Below are positions 24,570 through 37,285 of a stretch of DNA of 64,000 nucleotides, piece after piece; position 1 is the stretch's first letter, and each line of letters opens with the position of its first letter. The notes below the pieces were generated by a model. That model saw nothing but the letters and a program-made list of their open reading frames with translations, was not told the DNA's origin and did no database searches. Source of the stretch: Octopus sinensis (taxonomy: Eukaryota); the NCBI RefSeq assembly GCF_006345805.1, contig NC_043004.1:10478001-10542000 (forward strand), given 5' to 3'. The position numbers and the translations under genes are program-made.

Positions 24570-24900
24570 TTATCTTGTATCTTTCACTTGTTTCAGTGAT
24601 TGGACTGCGGCCATCCTTGAATGGTTTTAGTCGAACATTTTATACCGAACCGCTAGATCTGGAGGACATAAAGAAACTAACATCGGTTGCCAGGATTTAG
24701 TGGAGACACACCACACACACACACGCACAAACACACACACATATGCCACTGTCTTCCACAGTTTTCATCTATCAAATACACTCACCTAGCTTTGGCTACG
24801 CCGGAACTATAGCCGAAGACACTTGCTCATGGTAGCGCGCAATGGGACTGAACCCAGAACCAGGTGGTTGCAAAACAAGCTTGATAACAACGCAACCATT
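24570..24900 (-). mobile_element. SINE family B (diverged)
   Basis: ttcacttgtttcagtgattggactgcggccat..gggactgaacccagaacc. Confidence 0.8.
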
Positions 24901-25564
24901 CAAATACCATACCATCCACTTTTCAGGACATATGTGATTTGAACGAGATTTGGTTTCTAATTCCATTAAGTCGAGCGATGGCATAGAGATTCCGCCGATG
25001 GGTCGTTATTTTTATTGTCGCTGGTGTTGTCATTGGTGTTGTGTTTGTTGTTGTTGGTGTCGTTATCGTAGCGTGTGAGTTTTGCTGTTTATTCGTTATA
25101 TTTATTGTCGTTCTTTTTGTAACATGGTTTTGGTAATCCCTAAGTATTTCTTGCAGTCAGAGATTTTTGTAGGATATATATTTTGACATATGTATTCAGA
25201 ACAAGTGTGACTCCAGAGATAAACAAACATAAGCGACATTTGTTATTCCGAAAACCCTAATTTTTTATTTGTGACACTGATGTCGGTGACATACTTAACA
25301 CGTCTCACTGTAACCTTAGAACATTCTTGAAATTGTACAAACGCCAAACTGTAGTGCTAAGTGTTGAGAGGGCAACAGTAAGATGTGAGGTTAGATAAAA
25401 ATGCAACAACATTAAAAGATGGCATATATATATATATATATATGGGAAGACGCCTCACCCTTTATTACAAACAAAACATATACACACATTCTTTCAACGG
25501 AATGCATATATATATATATATATGTATATACATAGATGCTTATATATATTCAGTTTTGCATATA

Positions 25565-25619
<55 letters not shown>

Positions 25620-25774
25620 GTGTGTATTTGTGTGGGGATGGTTTATCAGTAATGCCTATCTGCTTTGAGCTTGGCAGCAGCTAAGGTCGAATCTCAGATT
25701 GGAGTCATGTTGTGTTATAATATATATACCCATTTACCCTATCTATCGCATTGAATGCTTCATCAGATGATGCC

Positions 25775-25820
<46 letters not shown>

Positions 25821-25833
25821 ATCTATCTATCTA

Positions 25834-25877
<44 letters not shown>

Positions 25878-27231
25878 TGTTTTACAGCGCGCGCACGCAC
25901 ACAAACATACACACACACATTTCCAGTATACTGAATTCAATTTCTCACGTGACAGCACTCCATATAAAGCATCGATAAACAAAGGAAGATTAGATAATTA
26001 AAAATGTCTACCGCAATTTAATTAAACAATTGGATGTTCACATCAGGTTGCTTCAATATTTTTAGCTAAGGGACTCTTTACTGGTTGATCGTGTTAATCA
26101 TGTATGGTCTACCACATGTCTTTTATAAAAGAGTGCCACTGTGGCACTGTATGTAATTGTTATAAGGTTTGTTAAGGTAATACTATTTGGGTCATTTAAT
26201 TTGGTTACGTGTGACGCATTCTTCACGTTACGATCGTCATCTGGGATGGTTGACCATTCCCCTGAATATGCATTTTCAGGTCCAGGCAAAATGTTTTTGC
26301 ACAAGACTGGCGCTTTCCTATGTCTGCGCTTGTCAAGCGACCGAAGTTTATCCTAGGAAAATTTTACTGATACCAATGCTGTTACCAATGTCGTTCAAAC
26401 GTTACTGTCATAACTCAAAGCAACAGATACGATCCAGCAAAGCATTTTGTATCATCCTCTAACATGTCACCAAGCTACAGCTCTGCAATGATGTTGACCT
26501 TAATAGTATTTGAATTGAAAACGCAGAAATTCGAGACAAAATATCACTGGGCATTGCATCAAACTTTTTCACAAGGATGCTAATTTTCTTCCTTCTTTTA
26601 GCATTAAAATCTGCAAGCTTGTCTCTGTGGCATTTATTCTACCGTAATAAATTTAAGGTCGTGGTATAATTAAAAACATAGATTATATTTGGAAGGAAAA
26701 AATAAAACAGAAATAAAACAGATAACAAAAACAAAATATTAGTAAGATATGTCAACCGTCTCGACCGACTCCAACCAAAAACAGTTTTATTGTTTCGTCC
26801 GTAATGCCCTGTGTAAAGATTTATTGATGCCCAAAGCAGTCATCGATAAATTCTGATCATTGTATGAAATAATCGATCAGATAACCTCTGACTATTCGGT
26901 ATTGAAGAAAATTTACCATATCGATAATACAGAAGCAACTCAAAGAATCTTTTATGCGAAAAACTTCTGATAAATATTTGATTAAATACGCGTAAGGAAA
27001 TGTCTAGAGTCTGAAGTATGAAGTTTGTCGAAAAGAAACGCAATGGCGATGCAGTGTAAGAATCTCGCCGATTCAGAATTTGCTTTTCATATTTTCAGGA
27101 TCGATAAAAAATGAACCCAGCAAGATCAGAACTGCTTTAGGGACGGATGAGATGCCTTGTTTTATTTTTTCCGTTGTGTCCCATTTGAGGGCGACAGCAC
27201 TGGTGCCAAGCTATATAGCTCCTTGTCAAAA

Positions 27232-27422
27232 GGCGGTGAGCTGGCAGAAACGGTAGCGCGCCGGGTGAAAATTCCGCCGAGGTTGTCTTTGCCTTTCATC
27301 CTTTCGGGGTCTATAAATAAAGTACCAGTCCCGCACTGGGGTCGATGTAATTGACTTTATCCCTTTGTCTGTCTCTGCTTGTTCCCTCTATGTTTAGCTC
27401 CTTGTGGGCAATAAAGAAATAT
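27232..27422 (+). mobile_element. SINE family A monomer (internal deletion)
   Basis: ggcggtgagctggcagaa..gggcaataaagaaata. Confidence 0.85.
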
Positions 27423-28769
27423 ATATAACTCTTTGTCCTTCCCTTGGACAACATCGATTGCAAGAAAAGGGTGTAATAAGCATGTGTAAAAATTAACACT
27501 TCCTTCTCCAAGCCTAAGAAGAATTCTCGGTCGTCCAACAGGCGCGATCAACAGGCGCGAAAAAAGGTTTTCTTTGTCCTGTCAAAAAGTGATTAAGCAT
27601 CTCCCTTTGACCTACGACCTCAGCCATGTCAGCTGAAGTTCAAAATGGACAGGAGCTGATCTATTAAGGTACAAAATCTGCTACAGTATGTCTGTCCTTC
27701 TAGGTGCCACGGTTATTATAAATACGGTGGTCAACAGACAAAGGAGAGGAGGAAGGCCTAGAAAGCAACGAGAAAGGTCGAACGACAGGTTTTCAATGAC
27801 CGTAGAGACCCGAGAGAAATATTCCACGGTAGACCACTAATCTCAGATGAACTACGCACACACGCACACAAACATTGATTTCTGACACATTACTTCCACA
27901 GATGTACCCTGTTTTTATTTCTAGCAACTCGCAGTAGTTGTCAACATTTTGCATGTAGTGAAGAATTATGTATACCAACGACAAATTAAGTCCAGTGAAT
28001 AAATTATTTCTAACTATGAATCGATTCACTCATTTGTTTACTTCAATAGCATACGCATTCCTTTTGCATCTGTTCACAATGATACATACATAACCACTAC
28101 ACATGCAAGGGAATCTGCTGGTCATCCATCAAGAATACCTTCACAGGACGGCGCCTTAGAGAGGAACCTTTCAAATGCTGAAACTCATATCCAACATGAC
28201 CTGAGGAGCCCTTCCTCCAAAAATTATCTGCTTAGGCTTTGCCCCTTTTGATGGAGGTGTATCTTAATGTATACTGGCTATTGGTTATGTTTGTTTTCTA
28301 ATGGTATATTTTATGAACATTGAGTCGTTTGATATCTTTCTCTTGCTATGTATTATTAAGAATACAACATTTAATAAAACATTGATTGTAATCTGCAAAA
28401 ACAGTAAATTCAGAAGTAAATGTTTATATATCTACTATATGAATTTTTAAAACGCTTTCTGTTAAATACACAGTGGGCAAAAACTGAATTAGCCAATGCT
28501 TAATATAATTTTCTGACAGCATCCTTGGAGTATTTGACAAAATACCTTACGGTATTTAGTGATAGCATTTTACGTTCTGAGGTCAGCTTTAACTTCCATC
28601 CTTCAGGGATCAATAAAATAAACAGACAAGCACAGGAATTGTTATAGTGAACTATAACCCCACTCTCAGTTATATGACTTTATATCTATGTTAGTAGTCA
28701 ATAATTTTTCTTTGCATAATCGGTAGAAGATCGGAAAAAACGTAGCGTACATATCTTGTAATATTGTGT

Positions 28770-29130
28770 AAATTTTGACACAAGGCCCGCAGTTTCGTGG
28801 AAGTGGGTAAGTCGATTACTTCCATCCCAGTGCTCAACTGCTGTTTTTTTTTGCGACCCTGAAAAGATGAAGGGCAAAATCGACCTCGGCGATATGCGAA
28901 CTCAAACACGGACGGAATGCTGGTAAGCATTTCGCCCGGCGTACTAACGACTCTGGGACTTCACAGCCAAAATGTCTTCTAATATTAAGTCACTGATGTT
29001 TACGTTTTGAGTTCAAATCTGGCCGAAATCGACTTTGCCTTTCATCCTTCTGTAGTTGATAAAATAAAGTGCCAGTCAAATTTCAACTTCTATTCTTTCC
29101 CCCAAAGTTTTGCCTATGCAAGGAATCAAT
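28770..29130. mobile_element. Two divergently oriented family-A-related SINE fragments
   Basis: Minus copy at 28770-28960 and plus copy at 28985-29130, both carrying the central domain. Confidence 0.7.
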
Positions 29131-29646
29131 ATTAGTTTGATATTTGAAGAGTTCAAATACCCCCAAAATCGACATAGCTTTCCATCATTCAGTAGTCGAT
29201 AAAATATATATTAAAAGTGAGGAAACGTGTGACATTTTCTCTCGGCAAATAATGATACAAAGAGTTCAAAAGATGCAATGTTTACGGCTTAAAGAGAAAA
29301 TATATTTAAGCCACAGACATATATTATTTGGCGGAGAGAAATAAACTCTTTATTTGTCTTACTGTTAAAATGAAATGGTAGTAGTCAGAGACAGAGAAGA
29401 ACTACGTGAGGAGGAGGACTGAGAAGTAATAAAGGAGAAGCAGAGTGCAGAGGGAGGGAGGAGCAAATAATATAGCGGAAACATCTGTATGCCAATGGCA
29501 GTTATTACGTAACTGCTGCTCCTTTGTTATATTTATTTATTCATTAGAATACATACTTATGTATATGTACCTATGAGAATGCGTATGTGTTAGTGTATAT
29601 GTATAAATATGTTGCATATGTATGTTTTTACATGGTTATATATATG

Positions 29647-29757
<111 letters not shown>

Positions 29758-31106
29758 ATATATATATCGTATACATATATATGTGTGTGCATGCGTGTGT
29801 GTGGATATATATAAATGTATATATATATGTATGTATGTATGCATGAATATATACGTGTCTGTATATATGTTCATTGGAAGCTGATCATTCACCCTGTCGC
29901 TACGCAGAGATTTTCGCTCTGTGAGAAAAGCTACCAATCTGCAGCCAGCGTTATCTTCAAAGGCGATTTAGTTTTAAGAAACTTTAGAATTTCATTTAAT
30001 ATTGGTTATAAGTTACTGTAGAACGCAACATAGCAGCATATCTCTAGCTGAACAAAAGGAATAAACAGCACTGCTTTGGGAATGCTATACTTCAAATATT
30101 TGCCAGTATAAATATTCGCAGCAAGTTAAGTCTGGATGGATATTTGGACGTCTATATGGAAGTCGTGTCCTTTCACGTGGTGTGGTGCTCAAAAGTCACT
30201 TGCAGATTGATCATTATCGGTTTTGCCGTTTGTTCGCAGCAGTAGGAGTGTCTTGTTTTGTTGATAGCTACGAGGTCTCCCAGAGTCGTGCAGTAGGAAT
30301 TAAAGGTATTTCAACGTTTAGTCATATTCTTCAATGGATATAACATAATATAATATAATAAATACCGCTTTTCTGAAGAGCAAGGTATCAAATGGAAGAC
30401 AAAAGCCAAACAGCAGCAGCGGTAACAACAACGGTAACAACAACACAATAAACGTACAGGAACAACAACAACAACAACAACAACAACACAACACAAACAA
30501 CAACAGCAGAAGTAGCAACAACAACAACAACAACAAAAGACAGACAAAGAAATTAGATATTTCTACAATTTCATGTTTGCTGCTTTGTATTAATACAGAA
30601 TATGGCGACTAACGTTCTGTTAACCTGGTGCGTGTTCAGCGATCAATTTCATTCCTAGAATGTTTGGCAACGATTGAGCTAAAAGTAATAAGAGATGCTC
30701 TATGTGGTTGGTACGCTGCTAGAAATGACAGTTAAATATCTTGCATATCGTACTCTATCATATAAATTAATATTTTTAAAAGAACAGACAGTATATATCG
30801 CATAATATTGTTCAAAATGAATTGCGCCTGGAAAGACGTGTCGGACACGGCTAGAATGCCTTTGATTGATAAGGTTTTACCGGCGTTTTTAAGAGAAACT
30901 CTTCACGCTAACTCGTCCTGCTAGATATAACAACCAAATCTTTCTCAAAATCTACTCGAACGTTTATAAGATAGAAGAAAAGGTATGAAGATAATAAGAA
31001 GACTGTCATAAATGATTAAAAAAAAAAATAACGGGCAACTAACGTCTCTTGTTCTTTCCAAATTTGTAGAAATGATATCTTATGAAAAACATAAACTCTA
31101 TCAGAA

Positions 31107-31674
31107 GGCGGCGAGCTGGCAGAATCATTAGCACGCCGGGCGAAATGCGTAGCCGTCTTTCGTCTGCCGTTGCTTTGTGAGTTCAAATTTCATCCTTTCG
31201 GGCTCGATAAATTAAGTTACCACTTACGCACTGTAATCGACTTAATCCGTTTGTCTGTCCTTGTTTGTCCTCTCTGTGTTTAGCCCCTTGTGGGTAGTAA
31301 AGAAATAGGCATTTCGTCTGCCGCTACGTTCTGAGTTCAAATTCCGCCGAGGTCGACTTTGCCTTTCATCCTTTCGGGGTCGATTAAATAAGTAACAGTT
31401 ACGCACTGGGGTCGATATAATCGACTTATCCGTTTGTCTGTCCTTGTTTGTCCTCTCTGTGTTTAGCCCCTTGTGGGTAGTAAAGAAATATGTATTTCGT
31501 CTGACGCTACGTTCTGAGTTCAAATTCCACCGAGGTCGACTTTGCCATTCATCCTTTCGAGGTCGATAAATTAAGTACTAGTTACGCACCGGGGTCGATG
31601 TAATCGACTTAATCCATTTACCTGTCCTTGTTTGTACCCTCTAGGTTTAGCCCCTTATGGGCAATAAAGAAATA
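31107..31674 (+). mobile_element. SINE family A trimer with perfect 14-bp TSD
   Basis: Units restart at 31308 and 31491 (183-nt period). aaactctatcagaa at 31093-31106 and 31677-31690. Confidence 0.92.
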
Positions 31675-32369
31675 ACAAACTCTATCAGAATTATCAGATG
31701 TTAACTGTAGAGTTCATATAGGGATCAGTTTTGCTCACAGCTGGCATGTTATAATTCGTAAGCAGACAGAGAGGTATGGAGTTAAAGGTTTATTTAAGCA
31801 GACACACATTGACACCTTATGTATGAAAGGCAACGGTGCGAAGTTATTGATTTGTAATCAGTAAGGTATTCCTAACACATATTCCATGCACGAAACTCCA
31901 GGTCCTTCAGTAAATTACGTAGCTTTCAGCTGGTACTGGAATAGCGAGAAAAAAATCAGTTTGAATAAATCGCAGATACTACAAATGATGAGTACATCTC
32001 ACGCATGCGCTCAACACAAATCAACATTCAACACACACACACGCACACACACACACAAACACACGAAAAACACACACATGCGCGCGCACACACGCACACA
32101 CTCACACGCACGCACAATCACAAACGCTCAGAAACGTGCATCCGTTGTGTGCTACCGAAGTGTTGGATTAAAATAGCCATTAATATCTGAAACTTAAAGG
32201 AAATACATTATTTACTGTGGTGTCCGCCCGGAGATAATCTCCCTCCCTCTCTCTCTCTCTCTCTTTTTCTCTCTATCTGTCTGTGTATTTATCTTTCTTT
32301 CTGTCTATCTATTCATATGTCTGTCTTTCTGTCTGTCTATCTATTTGCCAGCCTGCCTGCCTCGCTTCT

Positions 32370-32965
<596 letters not shown>

Positions 32966-33269
32966 CCCAAGGATTCCATCCCGTGCTATCCGCCCACAAC
33001 AAAAATCACACTCGCATCTCATACGGTACAATTATTCCATCTCAATTGGCCCCGCTCTATTTAACAGTACACTAAAACACATTAAAGCAGAAACAGACCC
33101 CATAAAGTTCAAGAAGTCCTTGGACAAATTCCTTCAAGAAATCTCGGATAAACCTACTCCCGGATATGTCACCGTAAACACTTTCTCTTTGCTTGAGTGG
33201 GCCATGCTGTCCTAATTCTGATTTGAATGACTTCGCCAGGTGGAGCTATCGAGTTAAGCCTTGCCTGAG

Positions 33270-33272
<3 letters not shown>
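32966..33272 (+). mobile_element. CR1/L2-like LINE 3' end
   Basis: [31 protein letters not shown] resembles the C-terminus of CR1/L2-group ORF2; it ends at (TA)n. Confidence 0.7.
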
Positions 33273-33340
<68 letters not shown>

Positions 33341-33504
33341 CAAAAGGGACAAGAATGCAAAACATACATCCAGACTGTTAGGTGAAACAAAAAGGGAAAA
33401 CAAAACATCCAGAAAGACGATACAAGGAAAGCAAAAACGGATCATTTAGAGTTTTATACCCTCAGTCGAGTTCTAGATTATCTTTGCAATTTCATATATA
33501 TATA

Positions 33505-33545
<41 letters not shown>

Positions 33546-33562
33546 TTTAGATTAATACATAG

Positions 33563-33605
<43 letters not shown>

Positions 33606-34852
33606 TATATATAAATACATATATACTTAAACACAGCTTCTGTGTGTGTGAATTTGCAATATAAGATATGAATTCAGAATCTTGTGGCTATCACAGACAA
33701 ACTCCCCTAACGGACTCGGGTATCAAACCACATAATAATTCAATAGGCAGAAGTGTAATGTAGAACGTCATGAAATTCAGAAGATCCGATCAATGAATTT
33801 ATTTCATGATGAGCACTGTAGGGCTGAGGCGAGCCATTCCCCCAACTTATCCTATAAATAATAAGAAATCAGCTCTCGAAGCGATAAGGATTAAACGTGA
33901 TATATTTTTTATAACAGGCTGATGTAGACTTTCGTTGAGTCAACGTACACGGTTTGATTACAAGTAGGAAAGATTTTATGTCTTCGACGCGGCTATTGTT
34001 TGGCAAGCCTTAACTGCATATAATTTCAGTTTGGAGTTTGAAAATGAATAATTTGATTTAAGCAAGGGGATTGTCTTTTGGTAAGTGCCCTAGCAATAGT
34101 GAGATATTGGATAACGAAGCTCAAATTTCTGCTTGAAATCTTTATAGTAAAACTTTCATTTAATATGGTTTCTGATTTAGGCGCATGATCAGAAATTGTG
34201 AGAGGTGGGGGAAGGGGTATTCAAGAACATGAAACCTCTACTCGAGTTCTACTTAATTTTGTTTACTCCGGGTTAGTGTATAACAAAGTTGACCTCGGAA
34301 GGATTTGAAACCAGATGTTAAAGAGCCGGAAGAAATAACGCAAGGTATTTTCCCGACGTAAAAGTTACTTCTTATTTGGGCGCAAGGCCTGCAATTCTGT
34401 GTAGCTGTGTGTGTCGATACCAACCACTTTAGAACTTCATTTCATCGATCTCGGGTGGATTAAAAGCAAAGCTGACCATGATGGGATACTTTATTTCAAT
34501 ATTCAGATTCAGTACCGTTAAAAGAATGAGCATCACACATTCTCCAATTTTCTTTCTAAGTACATGAAGTGTTTTGCATATGGATCATAAATATATCTCT
34601 CTACAAATCTATTACCAATGAGGCCTAGAGATAAAATATATGTGGGCAGTCAGAGTTCTAAAATTGGTTTCTGATTTCGGTACAAAGCCAACAATTTTGA
34701 GGGAAGAGGGTCAGTCTATGCCATCGACCTCAGTACTTCACTGGTACTTTTATTTTTATCGATCTCAAAAGAATGACAGATAAACTTAACCATGGTACAT
34801 TATTTACATTATTTACAATTGACGGATATTTGTCCTCATCTTGTTTGCTGTT

Positions 34853-34898
34853 AACACAACGTTTCGGCTGATATACCTTCCAGCCTTCATCAGGTATC
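34853..34898 (-). ncRNA. Type I hammerhead ribozyme, family 3
   Basis: GAUAC-CUGAUGA-A-GGCUG(10-nt loop)CAGCC-GAAA-CG-UU|GUGUU. Helix II is 5 bp perfect; helix III is an ACGU palindrome. Confidence 0.8.
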
Positions 34899-34998
34899 TT
34901 GGGGAAATTTCCAACCTGGGTTCTCATTCCTAAGGTATTTTTCGATGTTGTTGTTGTTGTTTTATTATTATTATTATTATTATTATCATTATTATTAC

Positions 34999-35522
34999 TT
35001 TTTTTCTTCTTCTTTCAAATTTTCTTCCATTTCTTGCCGAGTGTCTTCTCGACTCCTAGGGCAAAGAAACTCATAGTGTATATTGGTAGGCCATTAAACC
35101 AAACTCAGTAGTTCGTTCATTTTTTTAATTTTTTTTTTAAAGTTAAATTAAAATGCATGAGCAGCAACAGTTCTCACATCGACAATGCTCTTCTCAATAC
35201 GTGTGATGTACCAGTTAAGACAATCTTTTGCACTTCTTGCAGGGATGGTAAGCCAGGGATCATTCTCATATAATTTTCGGTTCCCTTCTTGATCATTCCT
35301 AGTGCTCCTATGATCACTGGTATTGTAACCGCCTTGAGATGCCACATTTTCTCAATTTCAATGAGTAGGTCTTTATATTTTCTGAGCTTGTCAAACTCTT
35401 TCGCTGAGATATTATGATCACAGGGGATGCTCATGTCGATCAATAAGCAAACTTTATTGTTTTGGTCTTTCACAACAATATCTGGTTTATTGGCCTTGAT
35501 GGTTCGGTCTGTATGTACTGGA
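34999..35522 (-). mobile_element. R4/Dong-like non-LTR retrotransposon 3' fragment (RLE endonuclease) inserted in (AAT)n
   Basis: HTDRTIKANKPDIVVKD..CLLIDMSIP..KYKDL..IPVIIGALG..LRRALSM*. (AAT)n on both sides. Confidence 0.9.
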
Positions 35523-35601
<79 letters not shown>

Positions 35602-35636
35602 TCATTACCTGGATAATCACCTGAACGTCTGCCATA

Positions 35637-35712
35637 TACCCGTAGGCGTCGTGGTTAAGAACGCGGGCTACTAACCCCAAGATTCCGAGTTCGATTCCAG
35701 GCAGTGACCTGA
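35637..35712 (+). promoter_or_regulatory. tRNA-derived head with Pol III A and B boxes
   Basis: A-box-like taggcgtcgtgg at 35643-35654; anticodon-arm-like gcggg-ctactaa-ccc; B box gagttcgattcc at 35687-35698. Confidence 0.75.
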
Positions 35713-35786
35713 ATAATCATGATAATAATAATTACAACATTGAAAAATATCTTGGGAATGAGAACCCACGTCGGAAATTTTCCCTA

Positions 35787-35832
35787 GACACCCGATGAAG
35801 GCTGGTGCGTATATTAGCTGAAACGGTGTGTT
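35787..35832 (+). ncRNA. Degenerate family-3 hammerhead in the tRNA-headed arm
   Basis: GACAC-CCGAUGA-A-GGCUG..UAGCU-GAAA-CGGU-GUGUU. U4C and U16.1G changes predict loss of activity. Confidence 0.65.
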
Positions 35833-36554
35833 AACTACAAACAAGATGACAAATATCCGTCAATTGTAAATAATGTAAATAATGTACATAATTCCTCATC
35901 TCTTAAATACAGAACTGTATTACCATCGGTAGTGTTAATATTTGACGTCAGAAGGTAAAAAAAACCCAGAACAACTAATGCATTGCATTCTCCCGACTCT
36001 TCAACGATCCTACCAGCTTTAGAAACCTAATATCCGTCCATCCATACACTATTGCTTTAAAAGTGAAAACAGGACACATTGGAAAATATAGTGAAAGTCA
36101 TATTTTGTGTGAAACACCTGGTAGGGTAATCGTATTTTGGATACCTTTGATACAATGAAGCTGAACAAGAGCTTAAACACCAACAAATATCGTTGCCACA
36201 AGCAGGGGTAGTAATCCTGTCACCGCCATCATCACGAACAGTAACACACATAATACTTACCATCTTCATAAGTACTTGTTACCACGACATCATAGTTATT
36301 ATCTTCAACAGTAGCCGCCACTAGCTGCTGTTTTCCATTTTCCACGACCACCACGACAAACTACAGCAACATATTGTCGTTCTCAGCATCAACACATAAT
36401 TAATGTGAGCATTACGGAAATCGCCATCATTACCATCGTTTTCTTTCTCCTCCCAATATCATGCACACACAGTATCAACCGAACAATCGTTAACACCTGA
36501 CCACCACAGCTACCTGTCTCAATGTTAGTCATCGTTACCGTTGTCACTGCCGTT

Positions 36555-37285
36555 TTCTTCTTCTTCTTCTTCTTCTTCTTCTTCTTCTTCTTCTTCTTCT
36601 TCTTCTTCTTCTTCTTCTTCTTCTTCTTCTTCTTCTTCTTGCCTTACTCCTTCTCTTCCTCCTTTCTGTCTTCCTCCTCCTCCTCCTCCTCCTTCTTCTC
36701 CTCCTCCTCCTCCTCCTCCTCCTCCTCCCCTCCTCCTCCTCCTCCCCTCCTCCTCTCTCCTCTCTCCTTCTCCTTCTTGGTCTTCTTCTTCTTCTTCTTC
36801 TTCTTCTTGCCTTACTCCTTCTCTTCCTCCTTTCTGTCTTCCTCCTCCTCCTCTACCTCATTCACATCATCCTCGTCGTCCTCGTCGTCATCGTTGTCAT
36901 AGTCGTCATCTTTCTCCTCTTCCTCATCACCATCATCATCATCATTATCCTCCCTCCTCTTTGCTTCCGCTGCATCATCATCATCATCATCATCATGATC
37001 GTCGTCGTCGTCGTCGTCGTGATCATCATCGTTGTTGTCATCGTCATCACCATCATCATCATCAGCAGCAGCAGCGGTAGCAGTAGTAGCAGCAATATCA
37101 GCAGTAACACAGGCTGGGTAATTATCATTATCGTTGTCATCGTCGTCATCGTCATCATCATCATCATCATCCTCCTTTTCTACCACCTCGTCATCATCAT
37201 CGTTGTCGTCATCGTCATCATTATCATCATCATCATCATCCTTTTCCTCTACATCATCATCGTCGTCGTGGTGCTCGTCGTCGTT
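36555..37285. repeat. Compound (TTC)n/(TCC)n/(CAT)n/(CGT)n field
   Basis: Visible. Confidence 0.95.

Larger units (their letters stand above)
34795..35920. mobile_element. Inverted composite of an HHR-bearing short element (minus arm 34795-35636, plus arm 35637-35920), inserted into an older family-A SINE with TSD accat
   Basis: The arms share tccagg..tgacctgaataat-(AAT)n-aaaaatacctta/tcttgggaatgagaaccc..HHR..gtaaataatgtac. accat at 34789-34793 and 35922-35926; the host SINE resumes after 35922. Confidence 0.8.

Noticed and set aside
25745-25775. Minus-strand CUGAUGA-A-GCAU-UCA-AUGC-GAUA
   Set aside because: Helix II is perfect, but GAUA replaces GAAA and there is no helix I or III partner. 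At best a remnant.
26098-26462. Overlapping 68-91 aa ORFs in a non-repetitive stretch
   Set aside because: No recognisable motif and no consistent splice phase with neighbouring candidates.
27704-27840. RRGGRPRK AT-hook-like peptide after a tccttctag acceptor
   Set aside because: Short frame and weak donor; the motif is also common in transposase relics.
30065-30340. ~90-codon open frame (..GWIFGRLYGSRVLSRG..) with an AAAG|gtattt donor-like site
   Set aside because: No start codon, weak acceptor and no recognisable homology; it cannot be distinguished from chance.
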